In this document: piece after piece, positions 40,898-50,479 of the stretch
How positions within the stretch are numbered: the first letter of the stretch is position 1
Layout of the letters: each line of letters opens with the position of its first letter
Assembly (NCBI GenBank): GCA_048938105.1
Contig: JBHLMN010000004.1
Span: forward strand, 192,001-256,000
Origin: Promethearchaeota archaeon
GTDB lineage: Archaea; Asgardarchaeota; Heimdallarchaeia; Hodarchaeales; Hodarchaeaceae
DNA length: 64,000 nucleotides
Reading direction: 5' to 3'
Made by a program: the position numbers and the translations under genes
Notes under the pieces: model-generated
Told to the model about the DNA's origin: nothing
Database searches by the model: none
What the model saw: only the letters and a program-made list of their open reading frames with translations

Positions 40898-41659
40898 ATG
40901 GTTTCAGCAGTAACAGAAGAAGGATCTCACTCTTCTCAATTAGCTCAAAATTCCTCATCGCTTCTTTCAGTTTCTCATCTGAAAAAAAGCTTCACAGATG
41001 GAAGATGGAAACTGGATGTATTAAGAGATGTAACATTTAACATCTCACGTGAGGAGTGGGTTGCAATTATGGGACCTTCTGGTTGCGGAAAAACTACTTT
41101 ATTAAATTTGATTGGTTTATTAGATCAACAAGACAATGGAAAGATTATTTTTGAGGGGATCGATTCTCAGAGTTTAAACTCGCAGAAAAAAGCTCTCATT
41201 CGTTCAACCCAAATTGGCTTTGTTTTTCAAAACCACTTTCTTGTTCCAACTCTAACAGTAAAGGAAAACGTTGAATTACCATTTATCTGGTCAAAAAATA
41301 ATTTAAAACTATCTGAAATCGAAGAAAGAACGTTATCAGCAATTGAAATGGTTGGATTGCTAAATAGAGTTGATTATTTTCCAGAAGAACTCTCTGGTGG
41401 GGAAAAACAACGGATTGCTATTGCTCGTGCTTTAGTGAATAAAGCTCAACTTGTTCTTCTTGATGAACCCACAGGTAATTTGGACGCGCAGACTGGTAAA
41501 GCGATTCTAAGCATCTTTAGACGGATCGTTGATCAGGGTAAAAGCGTAATTATGGTAACTCATGATTCAGAAGCAGCCCGATTAGCAGATAGAGTACTAC
41601 TTCTTAAACAAGGGAAGATTATCCCTCTTGAACAGGAAAAAGGGGAAGTGAACCTTTGA
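40898..41659 (+). CDS. ABC ATP-binding protein (LolD/MacB family)
   Basis: GPSGCGKTT, LSGGEKQR, LLDEPTGNLD. Confidence 0.95.
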   Translation: MVSAVTEEGSHSSQLAQNSSSLLSVSHLKKSFTDGRWKLDVLRDVTFNISREEWVAIMGPSGCGKTTLLNLIGLLDQQDNGKIIFEGIDSQSLNSQKKALIRSTQIGFVFQNHFLVPTLTVKENVELPFIWSKNNLKLSEIEERTLSAIEMVGLLNRVDYFPEELSGGEKQRIAIARALVNKAQLVLLDEPTGNLDAQTGKAILSIFRRIVDQGKSVIMVTHDSEAARLADRVLLLKQGKIIPLEQEKGEVNL

Positions 41660-43599
41660 AACGTACAGATCCTTGGGAAGCCTTTTTTCCAATTCTTTTT
41701 CTCCTTCTACTTTCTGTTTCGCCATCAAGTTATTCTTTAAGAATGATATCGGTATTAAATGAGGTTGATGACCTCTGTTACTGCAAAGACTCCCAATTTC
41801 CCGTTTTATCCCGACCAGTTTACTTAACCAATGATAAAATGCAAATGAAAAATACTTATTATGAAAATATCTCTTGGGTTGATTCAACAATTATTATCAA
41901 TGAATCTACTTCATTCAATTCATTTTCAAACCTTTTTATTGAGAATAGTACAATAATATTATCCCCTCGAAATCCTAGTGACCATATTAAAGTAATCATT
42001 GGAGAATCATCACTTTTCAATATATCAAATTCAATTCTATTAGTAGATGGTAGTACAGGCGGAGGAGGATCCCTAGAATTTTATGGGGATACGCTTTCTA
42101 TCATCAATTCTTCTTTTATTGGTCTTGGTTCAAACGACTATCTTCCTGGATTTTATGTCATAAATAGTCAAATCTCAATTACTGACTCTGAATTTCTTTT
42201 GGGTTATATCGGGATCACATTTCAAGATTCACAGGATGTCGCAATAGTTAACTGTTCATTTCGAGATATTACAGGAATTGAGGGATATGGTGGAATAGGA
42301 ATTCTTGGGCACAACTCGGTTCGAGTTGTTGTTTCAGGATGTACGTTCAACACTACTAATTTTGGTCTTTATCTCCAAAATTGTCGACATATATCTGTAA
42401 TAAAATCTACTTTTACTCAATGTGGCTCTTTTGCAATGTACCTACTACCTTATTTTTATTATTATGATGTTTTTGATGTTCGGATAGAGAATAACACAGT
42501 TACAGACTCAAACTTCGGAGTTCTGGTAATTGGTAGTGAAATTAATATTGTGAAAAATTCGTTTAAAGACTTAAGCCAAACAGGAGTGTATATAGCTGGA
42601 AGAGGTATTAATGTCTCGTTTAATATTTTTGAACGTTTATCAAGAGGTGTCGTTAGTCTTGAATCGTTGGGAAATCCAGCTGGAGATCTTCTTTCATCAA
42701 TATCTAATACGAGAATTCAAAGGAATTTATTCGAGAATATTACCCTAACAGGTATTTTACTTCAGAATTATGATTTTCCAACAATTTTCTATATTATTGA
42801 AAATAATTTTACTCACAATGATATAGGACTGAGGTTCAGGGGAAATTTAGGAGGAGCCGATTCGACACAGAGGTCCTGGGTTGTCGGTAATATCTTCGAT
42901 AACATGACTAAATATGCAATACAGGGGATTTCACTGGATTACCTTGCTCATTTTCAATACACTTCATTCGTAGGCAATGTTTTCGTCAATTCACCAAATC
43001 AATATACGTCATTTCAATCAAAATATTATTACATGGATGATGTTAGGTGGGATGATGGTTTCCTCGGAAATTACTGGGAATCTTTCCTAAATAACTCCCA
43101 ATGTCTAGATGAAGATAATAACAGAATTGGAGACAATTCCTATATCTTATCGGTCGATCATGGGCAGCTCGATAGGGCTCCCTTATTATCATTAGATTTC
43201 TTTAGAAAAAATTCCTTCCTTTGCAGCACTCATCCTGTAGATCTCGTTAGAACAAAATCTGAGTTGAAAAGAGAGAATAATACTCTATATTGGTCAATTC
43301 AGGGTGAAAATGGATCTTATGTTGTAGTTTTGTTAAATGGTATACAGATTACAGCTGAACAGAATGGGTCTGATGTTATAGTCTCTCTGAAATCATTAGA
43401 AATCGGATTATACAATCTTTCATTAGTGATCCGACATGGAAGTCGACTCTATAGAGATCTCGTATGGGTTCGAATCTTAAAAGACGAAAATAATTTCGTT
43501 ACTGATATTCTTATTCCATTTGGGACATTGATGTTCCTGATAGCAATTGGGATCGTGATAATTTTTCATATAAAGAGACGGAATAAATCAATTTTCTAG
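41656..43599 (+). CDS. Secreted right-handed beta-helix (pectin-lyase-like/NosD) protein with C-terminal membrane anchor
   Basis: Signal-like N-terminus, beta-helix repeats, GNYWE..DRAPL, C-terminal TM + KRRNK. Confidence 0.82.
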   Translation: MKRTDPWEAFFPILFLLLLSVSPSSYSLRMISVLNEVDDLCYCKDSQFPVLSRPVYLTNDKMQMKNTYYENISWVDSTIIINESTSFNSFSNLFIENSTIILSPRNPSDHIKVIIGESSLFNISNSILLVDGSTGGGGSLEFYGDTLSIINSSFIGLGSNDYLPGFYVINSQISITDSEFLLGYIGITFQDSQDVAIVNCSFRDITGIEGYGGIGILGHNSVRVVVSGCTFNTTNFGLYLQNCRHISVIKSTFTQCGSFAMYLLPYFYYYDVFDVRIENNTVTDSNFGVLVIGSEINIVKNSFKDLSQTGVYIAGRGINVSFNIFERLSRGVVSLESLGNPAGDLLSSISNTRIQRNLFENITLTGILLQNYDFPTIFYIIENNFTHNDIGLRFRGNLGGADSTQRSWVVGNIFDNMTKYAIQGISLDYLAHFQYTSFVGNVFVNSPNQYTSFQSKYYYMDDVRWDDGFLGNYWESFLNNSQCLDEDNNRIGDNSYILSVDHGQLDRAPLLSLDFFRKNSFLCSTHPVDLVRTKSELKRENNTLYWSIQGENGSYVVVLLNGIQITAEQNGSDVIVSLKSLEIGLYNLSLVIRHGSRLYRDLVWVRILKDENNFVTDILIPFGTLMFLIAIGIVIIFHIKRRNKSIF

Positions 43600-43613
43600 A
43601 TAGGTGTGTTAAA

Positions 43614-45731
43614 ATGGTCAAATTCGATCAATTGTCCAAAAAAATCTTCTTGGTTTTTCTAAGTATATCTGTTTTTGTTCTTGTTACTCCTGTAATAGGA
43701 GCGAGAGAGCCTGACCCTTTCTTCACTGTTAACATTATGCTACCTACAAATAATCTAGAAAGACTGCAATATTCGGAGGCTATTGCGTCTGAACTAGAGA
43801 AGATAGGAATTGGAGTAAATCTAGAGATGACAACTTGGGCTGAAATTTTTCCACGTATTTTTTACGGAGAAGCTCCACCTTACAGTGAAGGAGGATATGA
43901 TGTCTGTTTTTTTGGTGTAGATATAGGATCTTCGACTAGCCATCCTGGAGGAACTTTAGAAGACACGTACAAGAATATCCCACCAGAAGGTGTAAATGTG
44001 ATGCATTGGGCGTCTGACAGGGAAGATCAAATGAATTACGGAGCGGATGAATCGGAGAGTCTTATCGAATCAATCATGACAAATGTGAATTATACAGAGA
44101 CAAAGGATGAGCTTATTGAGTGGCAAAAACTCTGGTATGATGTTTTACCTAATATCATGCTTTATAATCAATATGAAGTATTTGGTATATCTAAAGGACT
44201 TTATGGATATGACCCACTAAAAGATCCTTTAAGATCTTTAGAGACTCAATGGATGGATTCATCTTATCAAGGGTCTAATGATACTGTCGTACTTGCCGGA
44301 AATATGCCATGTTATAGTTTCAATGCAATGATCGTCCCCAATGATTACGAAAATACAGATATATATTGCGCACTTCCTCCCCTAGACTCCTTAGTTGGGA
44401 ATACTCCATCATCAGATCTTTTACTCCCCTCGAATACCAATCGTGAAGAATGGATGGTTGAAAACTTCGATACAACAGAATATCTGGAACTTTACCCACG
44501 AGTTGCTGCAGGAATGGGTAAATATTCAGAAAATGGATTACAATATAATATCAGCGTTCGAGATGACGTTTTTTGGCATGATGGCCATCAATTAGACGCT
44601 TGGGATGTTGCTTTTTCATTTCAAGCACATTATTACTTCGAAAATATCCCTCATGATCAGGAAATTTTTAGAATTGATGTTAATCCTTTCATTATTGAAG
44701 ACAAAGACAAGGATGGTTTCTATGAACATATTAGTTTTCAATTCAATCGGAAATATGCTCCTTTTGAAACTGATATACTAGGCTTACCTTTATTTCCTGA
44801 ACATATTTTAGGAGATCCAGAAGAACATGGATATATCAATGGAACTTTCGATTTTAACACTTGGATTGTTCCTCCTTATAGTTGGCAGTCCCATTCATTT
44901 AATACTGGTAACCCTGCTCATCCCGGAGGTTTGAATGGTCCTATTGGCTGCGGATCAGTTGTTTTCAAGAATGTTAATCGGATTACAAATGAAATCAACT
45001 TCCAAAAGTTTGAAAATATCCGCTGGGATAATGCTTCAGGAACTTGGGTATCAACAGCTAATAATAGTCATTTTTTGATAAAAAATGGAAAATTAACTTC
45101 GATGCCAACATATGCAAAGTTTGTAGTAGAAACAAATCTAGATGAAGCTATAGAGAAGATGAAGACAGGGGTGGTAAATATTCTTGATCCTTGGTTTCTA
45201 GATGTATTTCATTCAGATACTGAGATTCTTGCAGAGATTCTTGAAGAACTTCAGTCAGAACCATCAATTCAGCCTATACTCTCCGAGGGAACTATATGGC
45301 AAGCAATGTACTTTAATCCGAAGTTTAATGAAGGTGGAGTTCGTCATTTGAATAAAAAGGGAGTGCGACATGCGATTTCACACATGATTCCTAGAACTGA
45401 GATAATTGAGAATTTACTACATGGCTTAGGGATCCCAGCCTATAACCCGTTACTTCGGACTTCTTGGGCATCAATACCAGAAGATGAAATGCTAGATTAC
45501 AAAAAAACCGTCAAAGCAGCTGATGGTACACAACCCGAAGAAAATGCAACAACTGCTTATGATGAATACTCAATTGAGCTTGCTCTACGATGGTTGAAAA
45601 CTGAAGGATATGATACCAAAAAATGGGAAATTTATCATGGTTTAGCGGAAGCTGATTCTATTGACTTTGCTAGTCCATTAATTGTAATATTGGCTGTTGG
45701 ATTCGTGGTATTACTATTGAAGAAGAAGTAA
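43614..45731 (+). CDS. Family-5 (OppA/DppA-like) solute-binding protein, circularly permuted, C-terminally anchored
   Basis: VRDDVFWHDGHQLDAWDVAFSF, PIGCG and VRHAISHMI motifs. The ELEKIGIGV segment is at the N-terminus. C-terminal TM + KKK. Confidence 0.85.
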   Translation: MVKFDQLSKKIFLVFLSISVFVLVTPVIGAREPDPFFTVNIMLPTNNLERLQYSEAIASELEKIGIGVNLEMTTWAEIFPRIFYGEAPPYSEGGYDVCFFGVDIGSSTSHPGGTLEDTYKNIPPEGVNVMHWASDREDQMNYGADESESLIESIMTNVNYTETKDELIEWQKLWYDVLPNIMLYNQYEVFGISKGLYGYDPLKDPLRSLETQWMDSSYQGSNDTVVLAGNMPCYSFNAMIVPNDYENTDIYCALPPLDSLVGNTPSSDLLLPSNTNREEWMVENFDTTEYLELYPRVAAGMGKYSENGLQYNISVRDDVFWHDGHQLDAWDVAFSFQAHYYFENIPHDQEIFRIDVNPFIIEDKDKDGFYEHISFQFNRKYAPFETDILGLPLFPEHILGDPEEHGYINGTFDFNTWIVPPYSWQSHSFNTGNPAHPGGLNGPIGCGSVVFKNVNRITNEINFQKFENIRWDNASGTWVSTANNSHFLIKNGKLTSMPTYAKFVVETNLDEAIEKMKTGVVNILDPWFLDVFHSDTEILAEILEELQSEPSIQPILSEGTIWQAMYFNPKFNEGGVRHLNKKGVRHAISHMIPRTEIIENLLHGLGIPAYNPLLRTSWASIPEDEMLDYKKTVKAADGTQPEENATTAYDEYSIELALRWLKTEGYDTKKWEIYHGLAEADSIDFASPLIVILAVGFVVLLLKKK

Positions 45732-45761
45732 CAATGAGCTTAGTAGTAAAATCTTCCCCTC

Positions 45762-46753
45762 TTAGGAATGGCCTATAATGGGATGAGGTTTATATGGTTC
45801 TTCCAACCGTTTAATATCATCATTAGATAATTTAATGTCCAGTGCCTCGACCGCTTGTTCCACATGTTCGATTTTGGTCGCACCAATAATAGGTGAGGTA
45901 ACATAATCTTTTGAGAATAACCAGGCAAGAGCAATTTGGGATGGTGAGACTTCTTTCTCTTGAGCGATTTCTACAACTCGCTCAACCACATCAAAATCTT
46001 CTGGTTTAAAAAAACGAGGTTTCATGTATTTGTCCGTACGAGCTCTAATATGGTCATCTGCATTGCTATCCCTAGTATATTTTCCCGATAAAAACCCTCG
46101 CGCTAATGGTGACCACGGAATAACACCAATCCCTTGATCCTTGCAGAGAGGTAACATCTCTCTCTCTTCTTCACGATAACATAAATTATAGTGATTTTGC
46201 ATGGTTCTGAAAGGTTCCAATCCGTTCCGTTCAGCGAACCACAAGCTCTTCGCAAATTGCCATGCAAACATAGAGCTAGCACCAATGTGTAGAACTGTCC
46301 CATTATTTATGAGTCGATTTAATGATCGCAATATTTCATCAATAGGTGTGTATGGATCTAAACGGTGAATCTGATAAAGATCAACATATTCCATATCTAA
46401 GCGTTTCAAAGAATCCTTGATTGCATGAGTGATATGATATCGTGAAAGACCACTTTTATTGGGTTTGGGTGTGCTGGTATAACCTTCTACTGGAAAAAAA
46501 CCTTTGTTGCTATTACAACATCATCACGATATTCCTTAAGTAGTTCCCCAGTGATTTCTTCAGATTGTCCTTGGGAATAAACATTAGCAGTATCAAAAAA
46601 ATTGATCCCAAGATCAAGGGCTTTTTTGACAATAGGGCGAGCTCCATCGATGTCAAGACACCATTTTAGTATTGTTGGATCACCATAAGACATCATCCCT
46701 AAGCAAATTCGAGAAACATCTAATCCTGTTGTGCCTAATTTGACATATTTCAC
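45762..46753 (-). pseudogene. Aldo/keto reductase split by a one-base frameshift in a T7 run (46494-46500)
   Basis: ORF 46487-46753 ends VIATKVFFQ*. Adding one T gives VFFPVEGYTSTPKPNKSGLSRYHITHAIKDSLKRLDMEYVDLYQIHR, joining ORF 45762-46409 into a 330-aa AKR. Confidence 0.88.
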
Positions 46754-46914
46754 CAGTTTTCACCGAAAGTTTTCCATCATTTACTTTTTTTATTTTGACA
46801 ATATGCAATTATATCTCTTCTTTATTATCGTTCGTGAAAATATCAGAGTGCAGCTTTTACTCTTAAGGTATCTTTTCACCTAAATAAAAAAAGAAAGTAA
46901 AAGGAGTAGTTCTT

Positions 46915-49900
46915 TTAATCACTTTTTCTTTTTACTCGTCTGATAGATATGATTAATGAAAGTATTGTTAGTAATGCAGCAGCAACTGTCCATCCAGGTG
47001 TAATGTTTGGTGTGGATGTAGCAGTTGAAGAAGACTCTTCTTCTTCTGTTGTTGTGGTAGTTGTCGTAGAACTCGTTGTTTCAATGGGAAGGATCTGACG
47101 TGGTTTTTCATAAGCATAAGCATATAAGCTAACCATATCATCCAATATTCGTGCCCGACCATCAAATATTGTAATAAAGAAGTATACTTGGTAGCCCTCT
47201 GTTCCAGTTAAATCCCATTTTTTAACCCATCCATACCATTTACCCTCAATGACATCTGTTTTGAAGGAACCCCAGAAAATTTGTTTTACATCGAATTTCA
47301 TTGTGGTATAATCCAAGTATAGGACGATTACACGTATATCAAAGTCCACAGAACCAGACTGACTGAATAAGAATTCATAACCAATATCGATAGAATCTGG
47401 TCGGTCCTCATAATAATCCTCATGGATTGGCTCCCATTCAAACTCTACACCTTGATAGCCGGTGACATCGGACCATGCGATCCATTCCTCGATTTGTATA
47501 GTTGAATAGAAATATCTTAAATCTACGAATCTCACAGAGATGTTGTAATCTCCTGTGTACACTGCTGACCATGAGATATTTATTGAATACCAAGACCCCT
47601 CCTTTACGTCTTCGGAAAAGAAATCATACACATAGGCATCAATCTCCTGCCAATATTTTTTCTCCTCATTCCAATAATTGATTCTCATCATAGCGTATAG
47701 AGATACGGGGCCAGATTTACTGAAAGTCATATCGAAACCAACTTCAATGGTATCAGTTAATCCATCAGAATCTGCATCGTACTCATAGTAGTATATATTC
47801 CAATCTTTGATGAGATGATATTTGCAGGCTTCAAACCATTCAATTGTGTCGTCGATCAAAATGTCGATTAATTTTCCGTCAGCGGTAGAGTCATAAATAA
47901 GTATTTCAAACTTGAAATCTCCATCTTCACTCGCTGGCCAGCGGAAAGAAATAGTTTCCAAATCACCAGCAGTCACTTGTATTTGAAAATGTTGATAATA
48001 ATAAGTAATCTCTTCCCAATATTCTTGTTGTTCGTTCCAGTGTCTAATATCTGCGAAAAGAGATAGGTGGGCCTCTCCACTAAATGTGAATTGTAAGTCG
48101 TACCCGATTTCGATAGTATCTTTGCAGCCATCGTTGTCTTCATCGTATTCCTCATACCAACTTTTCCAGCTGTCAAGGGCTTCAAAGGCACAGGCGTTCT
48201 CCCAATCAATGGTGTCTTCTATTAAAGTTCCACCACTTTCTCCAAAGATCTCAATTTCGAGCTTATAATCTCCAGCTTCCCAGGCTGACCACTCGAATGA
48301 AATATAGTACCAAATGTTGGTTTTAATTTCTCCCGTAAACTCGTCATGATAGTAGTCAAAATAATCCCATTCATTATATTCTGTACTCCAGACATGGATC
48401 TGTGCTCTAAGGTTTAAGGTTATTGAACCAGTAACACTGAATAACATATCGAAACCAATCTCAATGGTATCATCGCACCCATCTGTGTCTTTATCGTATT
48501 CCCTGTACCACCTGTCCCATTCTTTAATAGGATTATAAGCACAGTCAGCATACCACTCGAAACTTTCCTCAAGTAGAGGTATATCAAAATTTCTCTCCTC
48601 AATATCAACATAAAATTCGTACCTCCCACTGTCCCTGGCTTGCCACCGTAAAGACCAAGTAAGTTGTTCACCAGAAGTCACAGCCTCTTCAATATATTCA
48701 TAATAGTCATCAATCCAGTCCCAACCTTGATGGTCAGGATTCCAGTATCGGATTTCTACACGAATACGAATATACACCTGGCCTGTATAACTGAACTTGA
48801 AGTCGTACCCCAATTCAATGGTATCATCACATCCATCGTTATCCTCATCGTGTTCTATAGTCCAACTGGTCCAATTATCTAAAAGAGTAAAAGCACACGC
48901 ATCACTCCAATCGACCCATTCCTTGATTAGCTCTCTGTCGGAGTATTCATCACGAACTCTAATCGAAAAGTTGTAATCCCCTTCATACCACGCTGACCAC
49001 TGGAAAGATACGTTATACACCTCCCCTGACTTCACATCTTCCTCAAAATAATCCCATTCATCTGTAATTTCATCCCAATACCCCTTCCAATGATAAATTT
49101 CTATCCATATTTCGAGCTCTACCTCACCAGAAAAGGTAAAATTGAAAGAATACTCTATTGAAATAGTGTCCTCACAACCGTCACCATCTTCATCGGACTT
49201 GTCGACCCATCTATCATAATTAGAGAAATATGAAAATGATGATGCATCATTCCACACAACCCATTCTTCAATTATTGTTTCATCGGATTCATAACTACGA
49301 ATTCTGATCGAAAAGTTGTAATCACCATCGTACCAGGCTGACCACAGGAAAGACATGTTATACACTTCCCCTGCGGTCACATCTTCCCAAAATCTTTCAT
49401 ACCGATAGTCAATATAATCCCAATACATGTCCCAATAATAGATCTCCATCCTAAATTGTAAGTCCACCCAGCCAGAAAAAGTGAAATTGAAAAAGTACCA
49501 GATATAAATAGTATCATTTGAATTATCCCCATCTCTATCATATTCAACAATCCACCTTTCCCAGTCATTAAGAAATATAAACTCTGAGGCATCATACCAG
49601 GTTATCGTCTCTTCTATAACGATTTTGTCAGTTGAATAATCGTAAACCGTAACTGCAAAGCTATAATTACCATTGTACCATGCTCCCCATCGGTAAGACC
49701 ATATGTAGGTTTCCCCTGGTTCCACAAATGCTTCAAACCAGTCATCGTAGTCATCGAGATAATCCCAGCCCTGATCCCAATAGTAGATCTCAATTTCGAT
49801 TTCAAACTCAACCCATTCAGTGACGGTGAAATCAGAGAATTCATAAAAAATTTCAATTGTATCATACTTACCGTCAGAGTCATTATCGTATTCATCATAC

Positions 49901-50118
49901 CAACTCGACCAAGAAAAGTCAACAGTTGTGGTTTCAGCAATGGATACTTCGCTTGAAGGTTGTTGAGATTCTATTCCTGTGTTGGATAATTGGGAATGAT
50001 CAGCTAATTGCTTTGTATGGTCTGTTCCTGTAATTAGAGAATTGAATGATACTAGTATCCCCATACAAAGAATTATCACAATTAAAGAAGATATGTAATT
50101 TCTTTTTCGAATTAACAT
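46915..50118 (-). CDS. Large Trp/Tyr/acidic surface protein: 8 ~115-aa DxDxDG repeats, Ser/Thr linker, TPGW-TM-basic C-terminal sorting signal (copy A)
   Basis: Signal peptide; repeats DNDSDGKYDTI, DEDGDGCEDTI etc.; tail TTSSTTTT..NITPGWTVAAALLTILSLIISIRRVKRK. Confidence 0.9.
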   Translation of the reverse strand: MLIRKRNYISSLIVIILCMGILVSFNSLITGTDHTKQLADHSQLSNTGIESQQPSSEVSIAETTTVDFSWSSWYDEYDNDSDGKYDTIEIFYEFSDFTVTEWVEFEIEIEIYYWDQGWDYLDDYDDWFEAFVEPGETYIWSYRWGAWYNGNYSFAVTVYDYSTDKIVIEETITWYDASEFIFLNDWERWIVEYDRDGDNSNDTIYIWYFFNFTFSGWVDLQFRMEIYYWDMYWDYIDYRYERFWEDVTAGEVYNMSFLWSAWYDGDYNFSIRIRSYESDETIIEEWVVWNDASSFSYFSNYDRWVDKSDEDGDGCEDTISIEYSFNFTFSGEVELEIWIEIYHWKGYWDEITDEWDYFEEDVKSGEVYNVSFQWSAWYEGDYNFSIRVRDEYSDRELIKEWVDWSDACAFTLLDNWTSWTIEHDEDNDGCDDTIELGYDFKFSYTGQVYIRIRVEIRYWNPDHQGWDWIDDYYEYIEEAVTSGEQLTWSLRWQARDSGRYEFYVDIEERNFDIPLLEESFEWYADCAYNPIKEWDRWYREYDKDTDGCDDTIEIGFDMLFSVTGSITLNLRAQIHVWSTEYNEWDYFDYYHDEFTGEIKTNIWYYISFEWSAWEAGDYKLEIEIFGESGGTLIEDTIDWENACAFEALDSWKSWYEEYDEDNDGCKDTIEIGYDLQFTFSGEAHLSLFADIRHWNEQQEYWEEITYYYQHFQIQVTAGDLETISFRWPASEDGDFKFEILIYDSTADGKLIDILIDDTIEWFEACKYHLIKDWNIYYYEYDADSDGLTDTIEVGFDMTFSKSGPVSLYAMMRINYWNEEKKYWQEIDAYVYDFFSEDVKEGSWYSINISWSAVYTGDYNISVRFVDLRYFYSTIQIEEWIAWSDVTGYQGVEFEWEPIHEDYYEDRPDSIDIGYEFLFSQSGSVDFDIRVIVLYLDYTTMKFDVKQIFWGSFKTDVIEGKWYGWVKKWDLTGTEGYQVYFFITIFDGRARILDDMVSLYAYAYEKPRQILPIETTSSTTTTTTTEEEESSSTATSTPNITPGWTVAAALLTILSLIISIRRVKRKSD

Positions 50119-50211
50119 ATTATTAGCTCTCCTCTTCTTCTGTTAACCACTTAGTTATTATGATCAGCTAAGCTCTTTTACATGAAAGTGAGTATTAAGG
50201 GTAAGATCATC

Positions 50212-50232
50212 ATTTAAAGTTAACTAGTAGAA
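50212..50232 (-). promoter_or_regulatory. Conserved promoter element (TATA-like) upstream of copy A; twin at ~53729-53749 upstream of copy B
   Basis: ATTTAAAGTTAACTAGTAGAA vs ATTTAAAGTTAACTATTAGAA, conserved in otherwise diverged intergenic DNA. Confidence 0.6.
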
Positions 50233-50479
50233 AATTCGAAAGGAATTGTATCACACTCGTTCTAATTTTTATTATTAAGGAGAATGGGTCGAAAAGTTAG
50301 ATGCTTAATTTGACATATTCCACAAGTTTTCACTGAAATATTTTCATTTGACACTTTTTTTCATTTTGACAATATACTCTTATCTCTTTTCTTAATCAAT
50401 AATTACACAGATATTAGATTGCAGCTTACGCTCTAAGGTCATCTTTTCACAAAAAAAATAAGAAAGTAGAGTAGTTGTC

